The notes under the pieces are model-generated. The model was not told where the DNA came from. It did no database searches and saw nothing but the letters and a program-made list of their open reading frames with translations. Below are positions 1 to 9,223 of a stretch of DNA of 41,821 bases, one piece after another (positions within the stretch are counted from its first letter, which is position 1; each line of letters starts with the position of its first letter). A program made the position numbers and the translations under genes. Origin of the DNA: Gonapodya sp. JEL0774 (taxonomy: Eukaryota); NCBI GenBank assembly GCA_027604505.1, contig JADIIX010000167.1, positions 1 through 41,821 of the forward strand, given 5' to 3'.

Positions 1-420
1 GGGGACAAATTCCAGCCCTCCACAGACCTTCTGACCACAAACCAATCACTCCAACAGCTTCACCATATATGGTTTCTGTATTCAGAAATCGGGAGAAGGC
101 TCACACACTCTTCCCTGACATGCATGCTGACCTGAGGGCCATGTGGTGTGGTGAGGGGACAAATTCCAGCTCCACACAGGCATCCTGGCAACAATCTAAT
201 AGCTCCATTAGCTTTTCCATATGTGGTTTCCTTGTCCAGAAATCCTGAGGATTGTTACAATCATGTGTGGGTGCCAGGCTGGTGCTCGCACAAAGTTTGC
301 GCCTGGCAGGGGACAAATTCCAGACCCCCACAGAGTTCCTGGAGACCAGCCAACCACCCCAACAACATTGTTATATATAGTTTCCTTGTTCAGAAAAGTT
401 TTTGGGCAGATCAGAGGGGG
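1..420. repeat. 154-bp-period array: ~90-bp conserved block plus ~64-bp variable spacer (3 units visible, probably continues beyond window start)
   Basis: GGGGACAAATTCCAG starts at 1, 155 and 309 (exact 154 period). Blocks 1-90, 155-244 and 309-398 align without gaps; units 1 and 2 differ at 21 of 90 positions by hand count. The intervening segments do not align. Confidence 0.9.
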
Positions 421-923
421 TCAGTTTTCGGCCGTACACGTACACGACACCCTATTACTTTGGATGTACGCCTTCCAGTTGGAAATACTTTCGGAATGGT
501 TCTTCAATGTGTTGAAGATTTGTGCACATGTCGGTATTGAGTTTTCGGTGGTGGTCAGCTCCTCCGAAAGATCGGCCAGAATGTGCTGTAATCGGCATAT
601 ATCCTTTGAAGATGGTTGTGGGGGGGTACTGTGACCGCGCACAAAGAGCGAGTTGTAGAGATTGACCATTTTCAACAAAAGCAAAAGTTGTTTCGAGAAA
701 ACATGAGACCTGACCTGATGGCTGTGTCGATTGTCCCAGTTTCTCATCTCACCATATCTCATTACACATTTCTATCCAGAAATATACCTGTTCCACTGTA
801 TCTGATATATCTCATGGGTTTGAAAGAAAATCCAATGTGACATACACGTTTGTACAATGCATATTTGCAAAGTGAGTTGCAATTTTTTGTTCAAACAAAC
901 ACACAGACAAACTGTGTGTGCAT
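421..923 (-). pseudogene. Possible decayed intronless ORF of unknown function, divergent from TFIIS, probably part of the viral segment
   Basis: Protein-like stretches (TLDFLSNP*DISDTVEQVYFWIEMCNEIW*DEKLG; DICRLQHILADLSEELTTTENSIPTCAQIFNTLKNH) lie in different frames and are interrupted by TGA stops. AT-rich like the neighbouring genes. No family recognised. Confidence 0.3.
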
Positions 924-977
924 GGTCGAAAATATAAATATTACGGCATTTTTTTGGCGGTACTTATGTTATATAGT

Positions 978-1530
978 ATGAGCTCTGACGAGGTATTGAA
1001 AAGACAAAACTCAAGAGCTTGCATACAAGAAACTGTATGAAATCCTGGAGTTCATACTAGCATGCTGGATGTAAAGCACCTCGTGCTAAACATTGAAGAC
1101 ATGATCTTTAATGCGACAGTTGGACAAGCATCAATCGAAATGGGATATCTACAATCTTGGAAAGACAGACGAATGTGCCAGAAGTACAGAGAATTTGGTT
1201 TTGAAGATTGTGTATTTGTTATCAGATGATACATTAGTACAGAAATTACTATCTCGGGAACTTGAAGTCAATCCTTATCTCTTTGATTTGAAACCACAAT
1301 CCCACATTGATTTTTGGAACAAGATTGATAGTACATCGTCTTCAACATCGAAGATAGAAGACATATTTTTTGAAAACCCCGACAATGACACGAAATCTGA
1401 TGCAATGATAACTTGCAAATGTTGCAAATCCAATAATTTAAAGTTCACACAATCTCAGATGAGATCCGCGGACAAAGCTATCACAACTTTCTTCTTCTGT
1501 AAAAATTGCAACTCTAGATGGAAAACGTAG
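978..1530 (+). pseudogene. Virus-type transcription elongation factor TFIIS, disrupted
   Basis: C-terminal Zn ribbon CKCCKSNNLKFTQSQMRSADKAITTFFFCKNCNSRWK matches the TFIIS Q-x-RSADE-x-x-T-x-F-x-x-C motif. ATG at 978. The central domain (LNIEDMIFNAT...QSWKDRRMCQKYRE) is in another frame from 1111-1530, so there is a frameshift near 1190. In-frame TGA at 1038 (or compensating frameshifts giving ELAYKKLYEILE). The acidic DE reads DK. Confidence 0.85.
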
Positions 1531-1582
1531 TGACGACTATATACATAATGTACGTTTACTCGAATTCAGAGACTGTCCCCCC

Positions 1583-2176
1583 TTACTCCTTGTTTTTTGG
1601 TACAATATCTACTGCCTTGTTTTCATCCTGATTGTCTGCACTATTCTCAGATTGACTCTTCCCCTTCTTGATCTTTGTGCTCTTTTGGAAATGGTTTGAG
1701 AGGGGTTTCTGTAGGTCAAAGTATCTAATCTGGTCTCCTGCCTGAAGATTTAAGAGGGATGCTAAGCAATCAACTGTGATAACAAAGTTTTTCTTGTCCG
1801 GGTTTTGAAGATTATGTTCTGAAATGCATTGAATAATCTGCCTTGTGACGTCGGTCCGTGCAATAAGTGTGCCCACTGGAATGCCCAATAATTCAAATAA
1901 TTCACATAACTCATCTGAAACTGGTCCCTCCTTGGTAATACCTGAACGTGGGCGAACGGGCTTATCCCCATTGGGTGTTACCTTGTTTTGCCTCTTTGAA
2001 GTCTTCCTAGCTTCAACGACTTCATCCTTATAACGTTTTTTCATCTCCTTCAGGTAATTAATCTGTCTACGAGCACTCACAATGGCACCCTTGTACTCCT
2101 GAATCAATTTATCAATACCAGCCCCGACCGACACGATTTGGGGAACATCAACCTTTTTCTTCTTGAGGGGAATAAA
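1583..2176 (-). pseudogene. Stand-alone SWIB/MDM2-domain protein of giant-virus type, 5'-truncated
   Basis: SGITKEGPVSDELCELFELLGIPVGTLIARTDVTRQIIQCISEHNLQNPDKK...LASLLNL...IRYFDLQKPLSNHF is a SWIB domain preceded by a basic coiled coil. The frame is open to 2176 (TGA at 2179-2177) with no upstream ATG and runs into the repeat starting at 2167. Confidence 0.85.
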
Positions 2177-2420
2177 TCACGAGTCATCCAATTCCAAAAA
2201 TTCCTTCAAATTTGAGCTCTACTCATTCAACTGCTTCTACCTATGCATGGGTGCAGGGATCTGACAAGTTTCCTTTCATGACTTCCATTTGGCGCACCAT
2301 GAAAATCCGTTACTACTTAAGGGGAAAAATCGGGAGTCATCCAATTCCAAAAATTCTTTCAGATCTGAGCTCTATTCATCCTACTGCCTCTACCTATGCA
2401 TGGGTGCAGGGATCAGAGGG
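2167..2420. repeat. Direct repeat pair, ~95-bp block with 153-154-bp period
   Basis: 2167-2261 and 2321-2414 are near-identical (GGGGAA..AAATC..GAGTCATCCAATTCCAAAAATTC...CTACCTATGCATGGGTGCAGGGATC), separated by a unique 59-bp spacer. Confidence 0.92.
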
Positions 2421-2792
2421 CCCAACCCAAACCCAACATCCCTATGTACCCTAAGCTGTCCCACCCACCTCTCCAATTCCTTTGCTTCCATTTTTGATCT
2501 TTTCCTCGTCCATTTATATCGCATACTGCATGTCTGTGATCTGATTCGGGACCCCTCTCACTCGACCAACAAAACCCATTTCACTGTTTTGGGTCTGATG
2601 GGACACATCCAATCTCTATTTCCCAGCCCTATCAAGAGACCACAAGAAATCCTCGGCTACAGGAGACAGCTGGTCCCACCACTAAGTGTGCGTGTGTGTG
2701 TCTGCACAACCAGTCAAACTCTCCTGATTTGTTTCAACTAAAAACACCTTAAAGGTCACATCTCACCATACTCATCTGACGTCTCACTTCTA

Positions 2793-3739
2793 GTGACAGT
2801 GGTGTGCTTCCACTCATTGCTCAAGTTTCACCCCTTGGTACACAAACCCTTAATGGGGACATGGGTTGCAGGACCCAGCATGAACTTTTCACTTTGGGGT
2901 ACTGTAGTTGCCGGTGTTTTGTACTCCTGTCCAGAAACCGCTGGACGCGGGGGTACGAACTATGGTGCACTGGATTGTAACCTGGTCCACAGCGCACAAC
3001 CAGGTCCCTGAGTGTCTCTTTCACAGTTTCATCCTGTCCATCTTGGAGACCTCTAATTCACGAGACTGTGATCTGGTGAATTTGGATCCCTGAGCTGGAC
3101 GTGTTGCGCCTGCTCTCCAGTTGCTCTGGCGACCTCAAGTCCTCCACCTAAACTGATTTGTTTGTGATACTTTGTAGTTTGTCCCTCACTCTCTCACACA
3201 TTCTTGCACACTTGAAACACTGTCTGGCCTTTGTATGCACGTTTGCCGTTCAGTCATCTCAATCTCAGGATGTACAAAATTTGGTCCACAAGCGTTTTTA
3301 TTTTGTTACATCCAACTCAAGGACCTATGATTTCATGAGAGCCACTGTCTCGTCACTTGGGAACCATGAGCTGGTGGTGTCTTGTTATCGCTTGTGTTCA
3401 GCAGAGTGCAGACGCCTGTTGAACTGTAATGGATGCTTTATCACCCATTTACTCTGGTAGTTTTGCACTCTGGAGAATCTGCTTGTTCTATCCGCAGCTG
3501 AACGTGCTCCATTGCGTTGCCCCTCTGTTTGTTTGACACTCATTGAGCACAAACCTCAACCCACAAACATTTCTCACTGCACGTCCAGCTCAGAAACCTT
3601 TCAATTCACAAGATCGCCGTATTGTAAATTGGGATCTCTCAGCTGGACGTGTTTTGTCTGTACACACCCTCTCGAGTCTCACGACTCCACTTTTCCTTCA
3701 CCTGTTGTGTTCTGGGTGGTGGATGAATTGACAACATAG
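2793..3739 (+). pseudogene. Degenerate WD40-repeat gene relic (WDR25/Prp17-like by eye)
   Basis: WD40-like fragments in several frames: LKFHPLVHKPL...FSLWG, TSNSRDCDLVNLDP*AGRV, FLTA...NSQDRRIVNWDLSAGRVLS. 3046-3105 and 3593-3653 are similar at DNA level. Several stops and frameshifts. Confidence 0.4.
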
Positions 3740-5197
3740 CTTAAACACACATGCACAAGCCTATGCGTGCTTTTTTGTTTAGTCCTTGTCCAATTTTGCT
3801 TTTTTTATGTCATTCCGCGCCGACGCCGCCATCAGTCTTTCACTTTCCACCCCTTGGGCTTTCTGTTGTCCTCCTCCCCAATTTCCCTTCCCCCGGTGTT
3901 TCTCAACTCGTCATTCCGCTTACAGCCACCACATCAATATCACCCTTCTCAGCGATCACTCTCTCGATCACTGCCCAGAGGACCCCAATGGACAGAAGTC
4001 CACATCCTGCCAGAGTGTTCAATCTGGGTAGATGCACTTGTGGTCGGGAATGAGTTTGGACACTGGAGAGCAGTCATGTGGTTCCCGTCCAGAAAGTAAA
4101 TATTTTGTGGACGCGTGTGAATCGTGATGACGAAGCAGTCCGTTCTGCTCCCCTCGCATGTGCCACAAGTTGCAAGTGGTGCAACTGGAATCGCAAACGC
4201 CAGACACAAATGCCCATGTGTGTCCAAGAAGTCCTTCTGACCGGTCTCTTTTGAATGCGGGTTGACGTTCGGATACAGATGATTTTCTGGAGGGCCGAGG
4301 CAGATGGAGGCGAGGGCAAGCAGGATCGCAACATGGGGTTGGAGATGGACGAGAGAAAACGGAGCCAAGAGAGGACTTGGACGGGGAAAGAGTGAATAGT
4401 GGCGAAGAGAGTGGTCGGGTAAAGGGGAGAGGAGCAGACTTGTGGAATTAGGGATCGGGAAGTGCGGTGGCAGAATGATGACAAAGTGGGGGTATGAACT
4501 CTTTGGAGGGTTATAACGTTTTAAAAGGTGGAATTGCTCCGCGTGGAACAGTGGACACAATTGTCAATCTTTTTAGTCAATGTTGTTAGCGGTGCTGTAG
4601 TTTGGCGAACAGGTGGGCGGTCGAAAGTCTTTCTTCAGCCTTCATGTAAGCTAGTATCCGTCAGCCATCTACAAATACAGCTATAGGCGAGCCTTTCGTC
4701 CTCCCTGCCGAGGAATGATCAACAGCAGGGCCGTTTCCAAGGTGCGCGACGTGGACGCCGCTCGCCAGGCGCCTCGTCCTGCATCCTGCGTATCCCGGTC
4801 CAGTCTGGTGAGTCCAAATTAGGTGACATTCTCAGGCGTGTTATAGCTGTTGAACGCAGTGCGCGAACGACCCTCGACATGCACCCCTGTTCGGTGTCAA
4901 AGATTGCGCGCCGAGATTCCCTTTCTGTTGGCCTTATCTATGAAAGGTTAGTCCAAATCATTTCCATACCATGGTCAGATCTTCTAAAATTGTTAAGTTA
5001 CAAGCTCAGTTCAACTGATTCGCAAGTATAGCTGGCCAAGAAACACATAGCTCGTCCCCCAGATCTCCAAATGAATTAAAGCCAGCGTTGTACAGGTCGC
5101 TTCCATTATTTTCAGTGTTGTCGTGAGGCTCTTGAGTCGTCCTGCGACCAACCCTCTCCCCAAACACGCAGTGCTCAACGCACGGGTATACGTGTTT

Positions 5198-8100
5198 CTA
5201 CTCGTCCAATTCCTCTTCTGTTACCCTTGACCGGGACTTTGACCTCGCCCGCTGCCTTGAGCTATCCCCTGGGCCCACATGCGATCTCCTCTTGGAAGTT
5301 GAAGTAGCCCCCTCACTTCCAACGGTGCATCTCCTTTTGGTTGATGTAGGTGGCCCATCTCTTCGTTCTCCTGCATTCCTCCGTGAAGACGGCGGGGCTG
5401 ACATGGAATCCACTCCCTCAACACGATCCTTCATCAACATTGTCTCAGTGCCTGCGTCTCGCCATCCAAGCTCCCTTTCCGTATTGCCCTCTGTATATTT
5501 TGCTCTTGATGATCCACTGCGCAGTTCAGCGGTCGCTTCTGATCCCGGCGAACTCCGCCATGCAGTGGAAGTATTGGTTGAACCTAGGTTGCCACTTGCT
5601 GCCCCTGTTTCCCCAAGAAATGTTCCAGAAGCAGGGGTCGGCGTGGCAGGACCTCTGACGTCCACAAACACTGTAGATGTGGTCTGCCGTGGAGAGTTGA
5701 ACGTGGACTAAGGAACAGTTGTATTGAATGACTTTCAGCGTGGGAACCGAAGTTTATTTCTTGAACAGCAGCAAAACTCACTTTACCGTATTCGCCATTC
5801 GGTCCGTATCCGGCCTCATGTAATGCAATGGCACTATGCACACCAACTGGCATTGCACTCATTGTAGCACTGTGCGCTGGTCTGAATCCTGCGAACGTGG
5901 AAGGAGCAGTGAGACCTCCCCCGGCATACGTAGATTCCAAGCGACGGGAAGGGAAATTTGATCCGCGAATTGAGGACGGTGGCGAACCCAGACGAAGGCA
6001 GGCTCTTAAAAATGAGAAGGGAGGGTAGAGAGCGTAAGAGTACGTGAAATGGAATACTTGGATGCTGGAACAACACGTAACAGCGCCTTGCTGATTGTGC
6101 AATGCTACTCGCAAAGTTCAAATCTAACCATTCCTGGCTCCGTGGACTTGCGATGTTCCCAAGTCCAAAGTGTGTGAGACCATTCGCGGAAGCAGATGGC
6201 CAGTAGCACAGTACGTTCGCAGTTACTCACAGAGGCACCATGCCATAATCTCCTGTGCCAACATTCTCTCCTGTAGCCCAGCTTTTCACAAAGTGAACAC
6301 GTAAGAGAAATTAGCCGGGCATTGATCGAGTTTCGAACTGTGACGCACCCGTCCCGAAAAACTTGATGGAGCTGCACTAAATGACCGCGTAACAGCGGGA
6401 TCTCATCATCAGAGATAGGGGAGTACTAATATAGTTCAGAGACAGTTCAAAATGTGAGCAATCCCGAAGTTCACGTGGCCAAAAGTTACAAGTAGTGACA
6501 ACTCAGGCACAAGTTTCGAAGCCGATGCTATATTTAGCGGCAACTCACATCTACTTCCACTGCGATGGGGGAACCCGACGGGTATGGCACGCTTGTTTGA
6601 TCAACTAGTCCGAGGGGGCCCGCAAGACGGAGGAAGAACCACTGTGGCAGTCAACGACAAGGCAAAAGCAACAGATGTAAGTTGTAACAACTCTGAACAG
6701 AGCTATCCAAATGTTTTCTTCTCTCGAAGCGTCTTCTACTTTCATTTGAACCGCAGTCCCAAGTTGTCCCCATTACAAGGTCTTCGCTCCGCGCAATCTG
6801 TTGGTATGGCTCCAACAATAAACAATCCGAGACAATCATATGCCCGCGCGTCTGTGCGCCAAATCGTTGTCCAATATCGACCCATTTTATCTACAGTCAA
6901 CACTCGCAAATTTTGACTTGACCTCTCACATTCTGGCCACAATTACCCAAATATTACACCGGTCGCGTTCCCTTTGTGAGAGGTACCGATTCACGTCCAG
7001 TCACCTTTCACAATAAGTTCCTGTGCCACTCTTCCTTTCCGAAATACTCAATTGAGGCTGTGTTTTCTCCTTTTACTCACATGGGCTCCACTATCTTGCA
7101 ACGTCAAATCGCTCGTCGTACTGCCGGTGGTCATCAATGACTTCGTCGTAGAACTTGTCTGAGAGCCCACTTGGCCCGACGACACCCTGGAGATTCCAGA
7201 GACCGGCATGCTTGCGGTAGTAGAGTTGTAGGTCGCAGAGGGAACTGCAATGGGGGCTTGGGGAGGGAACCCTGTCAAAAGTGTGCATTTACTTGTTATG
7301 ATTGATCCGAAGCTGTGTTTCTGATGACTCCATCGGCATGAATCCCTTCCGTTGTAAATAGATGAAAAACTAATGTATGCTCCAAGATCATACTCTCCCG
7401 GCACAATATTGTCCAATTTCTGCAATCACAGTCGCATCTTGGTAGGAGTGAATAGAAGAGCTTGTCGCTCCATTCACTTCGTGGCAACCATTGATAACGA
7501 TTACGACAATCACAGTGATATTTTCTCCTCGAGCGAAATATTGACATGGCAATTGACGTAATTGAAGTGTGCTAGCGTGGTTACACTCACCTCCTTCGTG
7601 ACCGATTCCTCGAAGCTCCGCTTTATCACTGAATTCTGATTCCTTGATTGCTCCGATGGTTCGTTTCTTGGTTCGATTGAACAACCAGACACCAAGTATG
7701 ATGGCAAAGACCATGACCAGCGCACCGCCGACAGCGCCTGCAATCAGCGGAACATTAGAGCTTGAAGGTTCGGGCGAGGGTGATGCGGTGGCAGCACCGA
7801 TCGGGGCGGGGGCGGGAGCAGGAGAGTTTGCTGGCGCTGTGGCGACAGTTGTTGATACAGCGGACGCAGCCGAAGTTGCAAGAGTGGGCGTCTTGGATGA
7901 AAGAGAGGTACCGGGACATTCAGGCCCGTACTGGTTCAAAGATATGTAATTCAGACATAGCGATGGAACGTTTTTGTTGCAGGTGTATAGGCCTGAATTG
8001 CTCTGGTGGCGTTGTTATGGGAGGAAGAACGGACCGGGGTACCACAAAGTGGGAAGGATACAATCTCGTCAGATCAGCTGCAACGCGATGCTCGAAACGT

Positions 8101-8731
8101 GGTACGCCCAGAGCAAACTGACCGGAAGACTTGAAAGCTTGAGAGAGCAATACGTGACCGTCTTGGGAATGAGTCCATCAATATTTCCTGTAAGGTTGTT
8201 TCCATAAAGACTGAGCGTAGCGAGGCTTGTAAGCTTTGACAAATCCGGAATGCTGCCGGTGAGTTGGTTATCCTGAAGTTGCAATGTGGAAAGCTGAGAG
8301 AGAGTGCCCAGCGACGCTGGAATTGCTCCATCAAAGTTATTGCCGAACATTTGGTACAAAAGTAATCCAGACATTGCTGCCGGATCCGGCAAAGCCCCAG
8401 AAAGCTGTGTTTTCTCGATTGCAACTGAAACTAATGTGGAGAGCCCACTGAAGCCGGCAGGCATAGTTCCCTTCAATGATCCCTCATTGCGCCAAATCAA
8501 AGTCTGTAATTTTCCACCAATGCATGATACCGACGTCCAAGCAGTCCCGACGGTCTGGTCATAACCGCAACAAGTCCCTGTGGGCCACGGAATCGGGATT
8601 CCGCTCTGAGTGTAAACCTGCTCCAGAACTGCACAGTCTGCAGAAGCCTCCAAATTGCTCATTGTTGGCGGTTCGGTCGTTTGGATGCTTTCTTGTTCCG
8701 TCACTGACACCTTCAAAACAATGTGCCTCAT
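5198..8731 (-). CDS. Single-pass receptor-like protein: extracellular LRRs, Ser/Thr/Pro stalk, TM helix, cytoplasmic SH3 (~754 aa, 9 exons)
   Basis: Phase-consistent GT-AG exons 8731-8123, 8002-7591, 7256-7081, 6890-6777, 6641-6549, 6425-6349, 6281-6231, 6004-5782, 5707-5198. Plant-type LRRs (LQLQDNQLTGSIPDLSKLTSL), TM IAGAVGGALVMVFAIILGVWLF followed by NRTKKR, spliced SH3 VDYSPISDDEIPLLRGHLVQLHQVFRDGWATGENVGTGDYGMVPLACL. The start (8731 or 8662) and exon 4 limits are uncertain. Confidence 0.8.
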
Positions 8732-8813
8732 TAGGAAGGACTCTCGGCATTCTGCTCTGGCGGTCAGGGACTGCCGAAATGGGGAAGCATCCCCTCATCG
8801 AGCGGTTTACAGA

Positions 8814-8853
8814 ACTGAAGATATTAGTTCATACTGAAGATATTAGTTCATAC
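8814..8853. repeat. Perfect 19-bp tandem duplication upstream of the LRR gene
   Basis: ACTGAAGATATTAGTTCAT at 8814-8832 and 8833-8851. Confidence 0.95.
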
Positions 8854-9223
8854 ATCAGTTACGTTTGACGCAAGCAATTCCAAGTTGCTACAACGGAGAG
8901 CTCTTCTCACCAAACAGACCGTCTTGGCCAACCAGCCCGGCAACCAACAAAACTTTGTGCCCTTTCGTACTTCAGCACACCAGTTGGCCATGCGCGATGG
9001 AGCGAAGAAACGAACATATTGTATAACTATGTACATATTGAGGGTGAAAACTATGTCAACATGTAGTAAATACAGCTGACACGGCGAAACAAGGTTGATT
9101 GAGTAAAATTTCTACAGGAAACGAACGGTGGTTCGCAAGACGGGAATAAATCGTCCGTTCATGTCTAGATCATATGCCAAATAAGAGTGTTCGTGGCGCG
9201 ACTGCAAAAATGAAGTCCGCCAC

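Larger units (their letters stand above)
421..2166. mobile_element. Endogenous giant-virus (Nucleocytoviricota-like) fragment
   Basis: AT-rich, intronless and compact: a virus-type short TFIIS and a stand-alone SWIB gene converge with a 52-bp gap. This contrasts with the GC-rich, intron-rich host genes. Boundaries are set by the flanking repeats. Confidence 0.75.

Noticed and set aside
1..420. CRISPR array
   Set aside because: The repeats are ~90 bp and ~23% divergent, there are no cas genes, and the context is eukaryotic. Reported as an unexplained repeat/spacer array instead.
841..977. Mimivirus-type early promoter AAAATTGA
   Set aside because: No exact match; only AAAATTGC on the minus strand in AT-rich DNA.
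1111..1530. ORF-track 139-aa protein as an intact gene
   Set aside because: Its first ~26 residues are out of frame with the TFIIS-like upstream part. The locus starts at 978 and is disrupted.
409..2420. The two GATCAGAGGG words are 2002 bp apart, exactly 13 x 154
   Set aside because: The GGGGA starts of the right block are ~10 bp off that register and the DNA between is non-repetitive. Probably coincidence.
3751..4560. Overlapping ORFs, including 3949-4560 (-)
   Set aside because: Some protein-like stretches in shifting frames, but no recognisable domain or consistent exon chain. Possibly another relic.
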